DNA of 54,649 nt, the filler included, from Bipalium vagum (taxonomy: Eukaryota), in assembly GCA_037834085.1 (NCBI GenBank). It is 3 parts of 3 records of this genome, joined end to end, with 100 filler letters (N's around TTAATTAATTAA, not from the genome) between each part and the next. Parts side by side here need not be neighbours in the genome. Positions count along the whole stretch, not along the records: positions 1 to 15,729 come from JBBMKC010149066.1; 2 more parts are not named here. The stretch is one strand, 5' to 3'. Numbering within the stretch: position 1 is the stretch's first letter; each line of letters starts with the position of its first letter. Below are positions 1 to 13,099 of the stretch, one piece after another. The position numbers and the translations under genes are program-made. The notes beneath the pieces were generated by a model. It was not told where the DNA came from, searched no databases, and saw nothing but the letters and a program-made list of their open reading frames with translations.

Positions 1-122
1 TTTATTTAAATCAAAATATCGCTAAAATAAACAATTTAGCTTATTTAAACACATTTTATTTAAATAATTGTTAAATTGTTTAACATTTATTACCAAAATT
101 ACAAATTTGTGGATTTTTTAAA

Positions 123-150
123 GGGGTGGACAATTCGTTGGACCAAACTG
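123..150. mobile_element. Tc1-like terminal inverted repeat (end of an element entering from the left)
   Basis: Reverse complement reads TA|CAGTTTGGTCCAACGAATTGTCCACCCC, a typical Tc1 TA-CAGT terminus. The partner TIR is not in the window. Confidence 0.45.
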
Positions 151-739
151 TATATTTATCATTTATTTCAAAATAAAAAATTAGTTATTCTCTTTCCAAA
201 TTGTTTCTTTTTCAATTTCATTGTTATTTTTTTAATTCGTAAAATTAATTAATTGCCTTGAGTACAATTTGGTGTACACAATCTTGGACATTATTTATTA
301 AATTTTGTAATTCATATAAAATTTGTAAATTCTATGATTCTCCATCATCAAATGGACATTTTTCCAAACCTTCATTTTCCTCAATTTCAATAGATTCATC
401 GTTTTCATTTAGTAATTTCCTTTAAAATATTCTCTACAAATGCGATTGCCGTATCTATTTCACTTTCTGAAGAAATCTAGTAAAATTTTCAAATTGTAGA
501 AGTGAAGACGAATTATTGAGCAGCCTCGAAAAATGAGAAAATAATATCTCAGAATTCACAGAGTTGTCTCAAGAATTTGCTCCAATTTTTTGTTAAATTT
601 ACGATTTTTAAATTTTCAATCTCGTTTTTAGTACATGTTGGGTGTATTTTGTTTTTTTTTCAGATGATTACATATTATAAGTTTATTAATAAAATAGGAA
701 AGTCCTGTGCATTATAAGTCAGTTATTGAATTAAATACC

Positions 740-1765
740 CTATTGAAGTATTTTTTTGATAGTGTTTGAAAAAATCAGTTTCAATGCTTTACAATTATAA
801 TTTATGACATCCAAAATGTAAAGTTTTCTGAGAATACCAATATCATTATCACCATAGACAATTTTGAATTTGATGATAACATCGAAATAATTATCTTTAA
901 ATTTCTTTATATTACCCATGTATAACAGTTTTAATATTGATATTGGTATTTCATAAAGGAACAATGATTCAATGATATTGTACTAATTATTTATTTGAGC
1001 TGTACAGTTGTTACATTTGTAAAATCTTTCTTTTAGATTCCTTCATTTCCAAATTTACCTTAAAATAGTTGAAAATTTTTGTAATAATCCATAAGTTTTT
1101 ATAATTTGCATAATAAACATTGAATGCATCCATTTTACATTTTTCAATACTTTTGGTTCTTTAAATTTTTCAATAATAATTGATTTCATTATTTACCACG
1201 CATACTAACACATAACATTAATGTCAACCGTTCTTTCGATTGCTCTATCTCATTACATGGACCTCCATGTTCTACAAAGCTTTTTGGGTACTCTTATAAT
1301 AAAGAGCCATTTCACCATAGTTGTATTCATCCAGGACGTTTTAGGAACCTCCATAAATTACTTGCTGATCCAAAATCGCAGAATTTTAAATTCAACGTTT
1401 TTTCGGTTTTTAAAATTCCTCAGCCAGCCACTCTAGGCTTCAAAGTTTAAGAATTGACTTGCAATTTTCATAGCGATACCTTTAATAGCGGTACAATTTA
1501 CTGAAATATCTTTCATTCTTGGCTTTCTAATACATTATAGATTTTATATAAGTTATTCTGTGTTGATTCATCTGTTTCGACTGCACTGTTGAATTGCTTA
1601 CACGTTGTACTCATTTTCAACTCGCAGTTAATATTTTGCCAAATTTTGCTTTGTTATGCTTGTACTTCCTTTGCTTGTATCTAATTTGTCAGCAAGTTTT
1701 CTTTCTGACGTACCATCTTTTATGGTTTTAGTTATTTTGCATTTATGATTAAAAGTTAGTTTTAT
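740..1765 (-). mobile_element. Decayed pogo/Tigger (CENP-B-like, DDE_1) transposase
   Basis: Minus-strand pieces: psq-type HTH 'KLTFNHKCKITKTIKDGTSERKLADKLDTSKGS', CENP-B HTH 'FEA*SGWLRNF..RKNVEFK', and DDE-region 'NCTAQI...MGNIKKFKDNY'. Many stops and frameshifts. Confidence 0.8.
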
Positions 1766-3708
1766 TTAAAAACTTTAAAATGTAAAAAAATGTTGACTCT
1801 TAAACAAATTCTATAATAAAATGCTGTAATTATGTAATTTTTATATTGATAAAGGTCAATTTTATGTCAAGATTCTACTGTTTATTCAAAAATGGTTCAT
1901 TATATGTGCATGTCCAGGTATCAAGGTGGCCCATATTGAGATTTACTTCAAAAAAGGTTTGCTTTTATATATATTATGGAAATACTACAAAATATTTGAA
2001 TTTAGTATGGCTAATCGAAAATATGTTTCGTAAACGGATTTTCTATTTCAGTTCATACTGAATGAAACTGAGGCTGAATCATGCTAGGACCTTCTATTGA
2101 TGTTATGTTGAACGTCAGTGTCAACATTAGTGTAACCTATCTTGACATAAATATGAGAGTCAATAGGATTAAAGATATGGCAACTAACCTTTAACTTTAA
2201 ATTGCTTTCGTGTTCTAAAAATAACACTTTTTCGATTCATTTTTTTAACACGACAACCAAAAATTCAAATTTCAATGGTTGATCAAAGGGGATCTGTCGA
2301 TATTAGTAGTCAGTCAAAAATCATGTCAACAAAGTACCGCTTTTTGTCTGATGAAATATGTTATGTGTTTTGAATTTTGAGCTACTTAACAGAAGAGAAA
2401 CGATAAATGCAAAATGCTACTGAAATCAGGTAAGCTGTGTGGATAAGGCTATTCATCAAGGCGTGGATAACTTATTACATAAAAATTGTCATCTATAAGA
2501 ACCATGTTGCTTCTATATGTTTTTTGAGAATGATGACCAAAATGATACCAATAGACCATAATTCCAATCATACATATTTTTTAGATATTTTGGACATTAA
2601 TGAATTATTTTCTCACCAAATCCTTTAAAATTCTCTGTTTTGTAACACACTGCGTCACTGAAAATGATTGTTGCCCAAATTCATGGACAAAATAAGTGTC
2701 AGAACAAAAAATCAATTTACTTTAGTTCTTAATTCAATTGAATTTTTGAGGAAGACAATTATTTATTCTCAAAATTCATCATGTTGATGATTGCTATCAA
2801 CACAATTCTTGAACTAAAATAAGTTTTGGTTCGGGAAAAATATATTAAACTAGAGAAGAAATGTAATTGATTAATGTCTGAGTTAAGTGCCTCTCATTTT
2901 GGATTTAATTACAATTAGATCAATTTCCTGTAATAAAATGGAAGTATGTTATACTAAATCACCATATCAATATAATTATAAATTTGATAAGAAGTGAAAA
3001 GAATATTCATATTTTAGAAGAATCAGATTTTAATTTTTCAATCTTACTGCACATGTAAAGTTAATGTAATAAATAAAATTTTGGTAATCTTATTGATGAT
3101 AATGTAGTAAATGTAATATTTTTAAATTTAATGAAAAAAAGATCTTGAAGCAAAATTAAAACTGAAATTCAATCAATATTTTAGAAACCTTTCCAAAAGC
3201 AATTTCTCCAGATCCTATGAAAAAAATTGAATTTCAACTAAAAAAATTTCAGATTTATTAATTTATTTGAAAATTTATTACTCTATTAAAGAGAAAATTA
3301 TCAAATAAAAATGATTTTAATAAAAATATATTAAATCAATAAAAGTTACAGAAATTCAAGAAAAATTTTACAAATAAAGTAAAACAAAATTTAAAATATT
3401 ATTATGCTGAAGATGATTATAAAATATTTAATCGAAAATACCATCCTAATATTTAATAAATTCTAAAATTAAAATGTCAAGAAATTTAATAATTAATTCA
3501 AATAAAAGAAGATTTTATAAAAGAAAGTAGAGCTGTTTTTAAAAATGATTTATAATAATAAATTAATTTTAGATAAACAAATATAAATATAATAACATTA
3601 TAATTTTGTTTCTTATTTTAATAAAATTGAAGTATCTTAAACTAAATTACCATATCAGTATGATGATAATTTGATAATTAAAATGAAAATATGAAAGATA
3701 TTTTAGAT

Positions 3709-4090
3709 TAGGGGTCGGTACATTTTGGTTATATTGGACTGGATTGCGTTTTTTGAGAGAGTGTTGGGCCGGATGGGTTCTTAAAAATATTATAAAAAGC
3801 AGCTTATCAATAAAAATTTTTTCAAATTTTTTAAAATCAGCAAAATAATAAAAAAATTTTAGTTTCATATAGATAAACAATTTGGCAAAAATCAATGTAT
3901 TTTTAAAATCTTTTGTACTCCAAAATCCACAATTTGAATAATTAAACAGAAGCCTGATGTTCTGTGTCACCTGAAAGCATCTCAATATTGGATGTTAAGA
4001 ATGTCGATGCCAGTAACAAAATTGCTATCAGTTAATCTTGTTCTCAAATTTTTTTAGTATAGTTCAATTTTGAAAATAATTGCTTACATT
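3709..4090 (-). mobile_element. hAT (SPIN/Charlie/GTF2IRD2-like) 3' end: dimerization motif plus terminus
   Basis: Minus strand 'CKQLFSKLNYTKK/LRTRLTDSN' (one frameshift) matches the hAT C-terminal CEQLFS..RSRLTD motif. TAGGGGTCGG...GGGCCGGAT at 3709 resembles Charlie/SPIN termini. Confidence 0.7.
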
Positions 4091-5486
4091 GGTAATGTTA
4101 AGTTTGCTAAAAAGGTGGGTCTAAAAAGAGTTGGGTCAAAAATATCGATGTTAGACTCTTGAACAACTTAACATAAATTGTTTATAACTCAGAAAGTTTT
4201 AGTGCACGTATGAACGGAGTTAAACTTCTAGTGACAACTTAAATAAAAATCGATTGCAAAATTTAATTACTAATGGGTGACAACGATAAACAGAGATAAC
4301 AATTTTTTTCACTAAAATATATTTTTAAAATAAATGTAAGATATGTATCATTGTTATGAATTATTTTAAAGTATAAACTCGAGATGTGAAGATTGCTAAA
4401 AAAAGTCAGATCACCATTCGGTATCCTACTCTCAAGGGCCCTCAGTAAAAAATTCGATTCTCAGTCCTACTTGACGTGAAGAACGCAAAAAAGCTACTGG
4501 GAAATCAGTTAAAACAAAATTTTATTTGATCCTGAAGTGTTAGAGTAGCTGTCCAAGTTTTAGTATTTACTTAATTTAATTAATTAGACTCTAACTTATA
4601 ATTTCAAATCGAATTATAGTTTAAAGGTTTTAGTTATTTGAGAGTCGGTTCACCTAATAATAGTGTGAGACAAAAATTATTATTATTTAGTTAGTGGGAT
4701 CTGTAATCAAATCCCCTAATGATCAATTTAACAAAAAAAATTACTTAATATAAGGTTTAACTTTTTGCCTTTTGAATTATCCGCTGCTGATGCAAGTTCT
4801 GGTTTTCTTTACCTTTATTTTTCACTAAAAATTTTTCGTTCTTTTATATTCCTAAATATACTGGCTGTTTGCGGATCCTAATCTGTTTCTTGCGGGCTCC
4901 TTACAATTAGTATTTTTTTCTTGTATGATTTCAGCTGGCATTTGAAATACTGTTTTTTTCACCTGTTATTGTAAATTTTTATAGTCTTTTTTGTTAATTA
5001 ATCTGCTTATTTAGATTATATTATTTTATTAAATTTTTACAAATTTTTAAATTTTATATAATAAATTAAAAAATAAATAAATAAATAAATAAATAAATAT
5101 ATTATATAATCGTATTTCTAGTAAATTACATAAAGTTTTTAACTTTATTTATTTATTTAGTAACTTTTTGTTCCTACTAAATTTTCAAAAAAAATTTTAT
5201 TAATAGTAATTCAAATACGATATCAATTAACTATTATAATTATTATATTATATTTTTTGTTTTATTAAACAGTATATAACTTATATATTTTATATTATTT
5301 TTTGTCACCAGATAAGAAAGAAAAATAAATAATTAAATCCGGGCTTTATTTTTCACATAAAATATTGAAAAAAAAACTATATTTCCAAATAAAAACAAAA
5401 TTGAACACAAAAAGTTCGGATAAATATTGTTATTTGACATTTGAACTGGATTGGGCCGACGAACTGGGAGCTAGGCCTGAGAGTCT

Positions 5487-5756
5487 TCACAGTAAGTACT
5501 TCCAAACAAATTTGCCAAATTGGCGATAATTTAATCCATGATGTAGGATCAGATTAACAACTTTCATAATAGTGTGCATAACGTTATTCAGTTTCAAAAA
5601 TTTGGCATATAAGACTTTTAGATAAATAATACAATGAATTTTCAATAGCTTCTGTGGAATTCCAAGATTTTCCATGTGGTCCTGTAATAGTGCAGCAAAG
5701 CTTTTCTTATCTTCTGCTATTGTAGATGCTCTATCAGTTTTGATGCCAATTCGTTT
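5487..5756 (-). mobile_element. hAT (SPIN/GTF2IRD2-like) transposase catalytic-region fragment
   Basis: ORF 5487-5675 'IHCIIYLKVLYAKFLKLNNVMHTIMKVVNLILHHGLNYRQF' matches the HCIIHQExLCAK...VVNFIRxRGLNHRQF signature. Confidence 0.85.
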
Positions 5757-5930
5757 TGTTACTCTATTAAATTACTATGAACCCTGTCGTAACACTTAGC
5801 TCGTAAAGTTTACTGACTCCTTCACTTTTGTCTAAGCGTGTACGCAAATGAATGAAGCAAACCAAATACGAATAACACTTTAGTAACAAAGTAACAACCA
5901 CGATGTCTCAAATAATCAAATTGAACGGTT
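5757..5930. repeat. LTR-like dispersed repeat, copy 1
   Basis: Starts TGTTAC. 'CTATGAACCCTGTCGTAACACTTAGCTCG...TACTGACTCCTTCACT...CGTGTACGC' aligns closely with 54563-54649 and more weakly with 37769 onward. Right boundary approximate. Confidence 0.65.
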
Positions 5931-5939
5931 ATTAACAAT

Positions 5940-6050
5940 GTCTACAATTAGATAGTGCCATCTATAATAATCAATATTATATCAATTAAGCAAGCTAGAC
6001 TTACAAATTCTTTTCTAAAATAAATAATTCGAGTTTTTTATGGTATTGAG
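5940..6050 (-). mobile_element. Terminal fragment of the same DD39D mariner family as 20544-21357
   Basis: About 100 nt nearly identical to 21257-21357, ending in the TIR ...TTTTTTATGGTATTGAG followed by TA. Confidence 0.8.
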
Positions 6051-7138
6051 TATAATTATTATAACTATTCTAGACCCTTTAGGGGTATTCAAACGATAAT
6101 TTTAAGAGAGTTGAAAGGGAAGTGCACTTGACTAACCAAACAATAGTAACACTGCACTAATAATTTGAAATAGCAAAAATAATAGTTGAAAAGAAAGCAA
6201 AATAATAAATTCACTTAATTCATTATTTGTGTTGGGTAATGAAAGTTAATTAGTGTTAATACACACACGATAATACACAAAATCGATAAAAATTAAAAAG
6301 TTAATTTTCCAAACTCTTTTAAAATCATTATCATTATTTAAACATTCTCAACTAATGATACTATGAAGAAAATTCAGATAAGATTCCAGATCTCCACTTG
6401 AGTTAAGATCTGATGTTAGATTCAAGGAAATTGATTTAGTTAATTTTCAAGAAATTGAAGGGATCTACGTTTTGTGTTAGTTTTCGGATAGCAAGATATT
6501 TGTTAATTACTTATAATAATAATAATTATTATTATATCCTGATAATTTAACTTTTTAAGAATATTTAGTTTACTGATGTGATTTATTTAATCTATTATTT
6601 TTAATACTCTAAATCCCTGATAACGTCAAACTTTATGGTATATATTGAAAATTTAATAACTTTGTCAAGGAAAGTTAATTCTACAATTTCAATAAAGTTC
6701 TACTGGGTTTTAATCACCTGTATAGATCTATGGATTTCTTTGTCACAATTTTTGCTTATGCAACCAGTTTGTGGTAAATAATTGACCTTGAATCTTTCTT
6801 TAAAAACTTTTCTGAATTAGATTCCCTTGACATTTAATTATTATTTGTCTAATAATTTTCGTGCGCTTTTTACAAATTATTATCTCGTGTAATGAAAATG
6901 ATTATGGGCTTTATTATTAGATAGAACTTAAAAATTTACAATATTTGAACTTTTCATTATTATTAACTAAAGTTACTATTTTTAGATAGTTATAATTTGT
7001 TAACTGTTATGATTTATTTTTAGAAAGTTACTTATTTGATATTAAATCAAATTACTAATGAATTTTTAAAATAAATATTTATTATATCAGTGAATAGAAT
7101 TTATTATTATTTCTATTTTATAGCTAGTTGTTATTAAA

Positions 7139-7139
7139 A

Positions 7140-7192
<53 letters not shown>
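7139..7192. repeat. (ATT)n microsatellite
   Basis: About 17 perfect ATT units. Confidence 0.95.
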
Positions 7193-7194
<2 letters not shown>

Positions 7195-10100
7195 TTATAT
7201 TACGGAGTTATTATTGTGATTATTAATCATATTATTAGTTTTCATAAAAAAGATTGTAATATTTCTATTTCATTTACAATGATAACTATTATTTTTGTTG
7301 TTTGAGAATTTGGAAACTATTACATGGACAAAATAAAACCAGAAAAAAACAAAATGATAACTACAGTATACATTCTTATAAGAAAGTTTCATGCATCACA
7401 GAAGCTTAAAGAATATTTTTATTTATTTTTTTACATTGCCTATTTATCACAAAAAATCAATTATTTCCATCTTCGGGTTATTAGGGTTTTTGATCTTTTT
7501 TTTTGTCAATTGTTCTTTAGTTTCTCGTACATTTTGTAGGAACATGTATACTCAAGGTTGGGAGTCTCCAAATAGTAATTAATTTAGATAATTTAAACAT
7601 ATGCTTATTTGTTTTTCTGTGGAAGAAAAAATTCTAATTTTCCGTGGAATGGAAACTTAAAAAATTATTAAGCAGTGAAAACATTATTTCTTCACTTCAC
7701 TTCCATGTGGGCAAACGATAATAAATAGTGGAAAAGTTTAAGAGCATATACTAGAAATATAGAGGAAAAATAAAAAAATATTCAGAGTTAAAGAAGCGTT
7801 CAATTAAAAGTCTTAAAAATCCGAAGATATGATGTATTTAAAAATTTTACACAGAAATTTTTTGTTTAAACAAATTATGATCCTTATGTCGAGGTTCATG
7901 ATTTTAAATAATTCGTATCAATCGCCATTTTTGTTAACAATTTTAGTTTTCATCATCATCCCTCATTGTTTTTCTCTGCTTGATCATTAATTTTAGTTAT
8001 GCCATTTTGTCTTTTTAACATTGAAACTGATCGAACTATCTATACTAATGGAATAGGTTGTTATTATAAATCATTTTGCGCGCACCCTTTTTAAATATTA
8101 ACATATTTCACAATCAGTTGGAAATAAATTCATTAATTTTACTAATAATAAAAAATAATAATATAATATTAACTTTAATAATAACTATCTTAAAGACTTA
8201 AAGTATGATTTTCAATTTAGAATATTGTCACATTATAAAGAAAGCCTTAGCCTGCTTACGGGTCTCAGTGACGAACCTTTGGAAATTCCCAAGACAAAGA
8301 TGGAAAATAATTAATCAAACGAATATTTAATCATTGACAGTTCGCGATTTAAATCGACATCGTGTTGAAATGAAAAATTAATAATATAAAGTAATGCTTG
8401 GATTAGAGACAGAACTAGATTAGGCGAGTGGCTTTGCCGTGTATGCACCAGTGACTTTTTATGGTTCATTTGATTCTCGTTATTGGTTTGTAAGCCTAAA
8501 GGTAATTATAATCAATAGGATAAGTTATCTCCCCTAAATTAATCAGGCAATGTCCAGATAAAGTAATATATCATTCTCACATTGATCATAAGTGAAATAA
8601 TTGTGGAAATTGAACACAACATTCGATTTGAGTCAGGGATTAAAATAATTATTTCAGTGGACGATTTCATTGTTTAAAATAATTGGTTTGCTTTGATAAA
8701 ATACATAAAGAAATATTTCGTATTTATTTACTAAACATTATATAAAGTGGAAATTAGGTAAAAAAACATTACAACTTTTTTTCACAAAGACTTGTTAGAA
8801 GTACATGCAAAATCTTTTCATTATTTTTTATTATTAAATTATATTATAAAAAATATTACTTTTATTTTAATCTCGATAAATTTTTTTTCTGTATAATTAC
8901 TGAATTATTTTTATTATTTATATTGATTAATGTATTTTTTACAACAGTATTAATCTTCTCACATAACAAAGTGGAATTTAATGGATGCAAACATATCTAA
9001 TTTAATTATTTTAATTAAATTTTAATAAGCACAATATATTTTATTAAAAAGTATTTATTTTTATTATTTTTTTACTTTTTGTATTTTATAGTTTATTTAT
9101 ATTTATATTTCAACTGGAACAATTAACCCTTGATTTTATTATTATTATTATTATTATTATACATTTATATTTATTCAAAATAATAATTTCTTATATAATA
9201 TGTAGTGTAATATATTAATTATATTGATATTATAATATTATATATAATAATATATGTATATACTTAGAAACATTATTGATGTAGCTAGAATATTTTTTAT
9301 TGATTTAAATAATATTGATTCATTAAAGTGAATATTTTTGCTATACAAAACAATGAAAAAATATTGTCTTCAAATGAACAAATGAATTTTTAGTGATTCT
9401 GAAATGAAAGCTAAGATTCCGAAATCAGGCAAATTTCCATTAATGACAATTCTATTTGTAGATGTCATTTCATACTATTTCAACACAAGTTGGCAAGTTC
9501 TCAATGAAACCATTAATAATAACATATCATCGCTGTTATCTTATAAACCTATTCACATTGAAAACGGGTGAAACAAGACTATTTTCCGAACACAATTCTC
9601 TGCTCTCTTTATGAAAATAACCGCAGGATTCTCGACAGAATTGCAGAAATCATGATTATGGCAATGGCAGCATCAGAGACTTAGGAGTGGTGCCTGTCCA
9701 CTATTATTAGCTTGAGCCCACTGTTGCAAAAGCCCAGCCGAGCAAAGGAACAACCACTTGCTGGAGGTCATCTATCAGTGTGCATGCATCCACGGTGACT
9801 GATTTGTCGGTATGTGACTGTCCATCTATGGAAATGAGATGGACCATAAATTCGAATTTGCATTATCATGCCTTGACCACTGATTACTCTTTGTCTTCTT
9901 CCAATTCCGATAAGAAACTGTTCTGGGAATAGTTGATACCCAATGTTAATTTTATCTTCTCAATAATTCATCATTTGGAATTTTCTCCATTTGGAAATTT
10001 ATGAAGAAAATTAGCCGAGTTGATTTTGCACTAATTAACTGATACAAGCACACTTTTCCAATGAAAATAAAATTATTTCATTTAAAATTAAAATAGGTAT

Positions 10101-10299
10101 TGTTTTATTGTATTGATGTTTCAACTTAAAATGGATAAATATTTAAATAAAATAAATAATAGTAAATATTTATTTGTATTATTGAACAAAAGAATATACT
10201 TTCGGGAATTTTATTTTTGTTTCACAAAAAAAGATTTAACATGATAAGAATGAATGTTATTAACATATTATTTTTTAATATTTATTATCATTTTTTGTT

Positions 10300-10523
10300 A
10301 ATGATGCCGATTACGTTCGTGAACTCATAACTTTAAATTTATTATAGTAATTATTACATAATAATCATTAATAATTAAACGGCTTTGTTTGTTTGTTGAG
10401 AAGCTGGGCACATAAAACTGTTCATAATTAGTCTGGTTTGTACAAGAAAAAGTATTGCATTATAAATTCTTTAAATTTTGATTTAAATTTAAAATTGAGT
10501 TTACGAACGTAGACTGCAGCATT
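10300..10523. mobile_element. ~225-bp MITE with imperfect ~30-40-bp TIRs
   Basis: Left end AATGATGCCGATTACGTTCGTGAACTCA; reverse complement of right end AATGCTGCAGTCTACGTTCGTAAACTCA. Both ends lie in a TTAA context; interior is non-coding. Confidence 0.7.
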
Positions 10524-12589
10524 AAATTTTTTTTTATTAATATTAAAATTATTTTAAGTCATACAATTGTTGATCCCAGATGTAATAAAAATATTTGCGA
10601 TTAAGATTTGAAAATATTTCTATTACTTTTATTATTTTAATATTAAAAATCGCCATTTTAAATATAAAATTAATGTTTGATTTTAATGTCTATTTTGATA
10701 TTTCAAAAAAACCAATAAATATTTATAACTTCTAAATATTGACAATTTCAAGGTCAATCGTGTAATTAAACAAAAAATAGAATTATTGCTTTTAATAAAA
10801 TTCAAATTTATATAAAATTGAAATTCTATAACAAATGAAACATAAATAATTTTGAAATAAAACAATTAAAATATTTTCCAATACAGTGCCAAACATTTTA
10901 AAATTCAAAGTGTATCATTAAAACAGAAGAAACAAACGCTTAATGTCTAAATATCAAACAGTTTGTCTAAGTCTTTGTAAATTAATTCAAATTTTCTATT
11001 TATCATTTCTTCTGAACATTATAATAATTTCTTTCTAGTACATCGAGTATAATAGTGGGTGAGATCATTCATTCCCTTTTTAACACTAGTAAAAGTATCA
11101 ATATTGCTAGGAGCTCTATTAAACAAAACTTTTCCCCCAATGAATTATTTTGGTTAAAAATGTTAAATGAATTGTTTAAGCAATTCACTGAATTATTGTT
11201 GAAACTATTATTTTATATAAGGGAAAAGTGAAAGTTGATATTTTTTGCAAAGGTACCCACATATTCCGTATTACTTTTGGATAAATTCAAACTCTGTAAT
11301 GATAAATCTAAACAATACCATTGACCAATAAAATAATATTCACATAAACTAAAACTGGAAACGAGATTTTTATTTTGTTAAAAAAAAGACAACTAAGGAC
11401 CTGACCACAATATCTTATGGTTATCTTTGTAATGATTCACACCCATTTCCGAATCCACAAGTAAGTCTAAAACTTTCATTAAATTGTACCACAAGTCATA
11501 TCACAAAATCTTGTCACAATGTCTCAATAATGGTTACAGATTTACAACCTAATCGATCTTGTGTCTCAGCCGTATAATCGTAAACAATGAAATGTAATAA
11601 ACAAATATGTTAACAATTATTATTTAGTTTTTACTGATTAATTTAATAATATTATTAATAAAAATGAGACAAATAAAGATATTACAAGCCAATAACTGTA
11701 TCCAGTTTCGATTAGGGTTATAAATGTTCCACAAGGATCCTTTCAGTCACTGAACTTGCTCGAGATCCACGCACAATCATTGACATAAATTAACATTAAT
11801 CAATATTACGTTATGATGAAAAAAGAAACACTGGAATCTTCATGTATACTATCTACTCTTTCACCAAAAAATGATTAAGCTCATCAATAATCACTGTTAG
11901 AGTTCAACAATTAAATGTCACGTCTTCAATTCAAATCACTTCTAACATCACTACTTATCATATATAATTTTTTTATTGTTTCCAGTTTAACAATTTTTTA
12001 CTAAGAGATATGAGCCATCTGAGTTTATCATTTTGGAAGCTTTTTATATGCTGGTTTTATTCTAATCAATCTGGTAGTAATTGCAACTATTGCCGAGGAT
12101 AAATATTAAATTATATTCAGGGTGTCTTATTACCGAATTTGTCTGTTTTATTTCCCAATTAAAAAAATTTCAAATCAGATATCTTTGGTATTCAAAAGAT
12201 AATTCTATTGATTCCTGTAATGATAATGATGGTAATATAATATAATATAATAATAATTATCATTATTTTTTAAATATTTTTTTTCTTAATTATCCTTCGA
12301 AATCTGTAAATCGGTTATTAGGGGTTAGTATCTAACCCTGATTATCGGCTCAAGCCTTTCGAGCTTTTCCGATAATTAACGTTTAAACCCAACGAGAGCT
12401 ATAAGAAAAAGTTGAAGTAATACTATAGATTCAGTTGAACTTTAACTTTGTATTAGAAAATTGATGATCTAACCAAAATTAACTTAATTGATATTTTGTT
12501 GCATTTAATATGGCCTTTCTTCTTTTCAAATGATGTCCTTATTTGATAATATTACACACTTATCAAGTAAATCTAATATTAAATTTCAA

Positions 12590-12787
12590 TTCGTAACTCT
12601 ACTGACCTCAATCCCATTCAAAATCTTTGGGGTAAATGAGATAAGAAAAAGACAACCAAAGGATGTGGAGCATTTATAGAAATTTGGGATGGAACCTCTG
12701 AATAAAACTATCAAGTCATTAATTCGAAGCATGCCAACAAAAGTTGAAAGCTGTCTTGAGAAAAATGGGGGACAAATTAAATATTAA
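12590..12787 (+). mobile_element. Tc1 (DD34E) transposase C-terminal fragment
   Basis: 'NSTDLNPIQNLWG...IKSLIRSMPTKVESCLEKNGGQIKY*' matches SPDLNPIENLW...SMPxR...GGxTKY. Confidence 0.85.
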
Positions 12788-12880
12788 TATTTATTGTTTT
12801 TTTGCAATAAATCTGTGAAATATTTATCAATTTTTATTCTTTTAAAATTAAAGTCTGTTTGCTTTATAAATTGATAAAAA

Positions 12881-13099
12881 CTACCTGGTACTTTTTATTG
12901 TAATAACTATATTAATATACACCGCTGCTCGTCGCTCTTCATAATTTTCAAAAAAATGTCTTCCAGATCCTTCCTTCCTATCCAACGTACCACGTTCGAA
13001 AAACTGATTCCGCAATTTTCTGGCATAGTTTTTGTTGATATTGAAAATTTGGCATAAGTCTTCGACTGTAGCACATTCGGGTTCCATCTTTACCAACAA
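12881..13099 (-). mobile_element. Tc1-like transposase N-terminal HTH fragment
   Basis: ORF 'TVEDLCQIFNINKNYARKLRNQFFERGTLDRKEGSGRH' shows a paired-like HTH followed by the GSGRP-type linker. Confidence 0.7.

Noticed and set aside
2950-3600. Lys/Asn/Ile-rich pseudo-coding stretch, possibly Polinton-derived
   Set aside because: No diagnostic motif; composition alone is insufficient.
4385-4732. Possible TG...CA solo LTR inside the hAT remnant (similar hairpin-bearing blocks at about 6060 and 12305)
   Set aside because: No matching TSD or second copy could be demonstrated.
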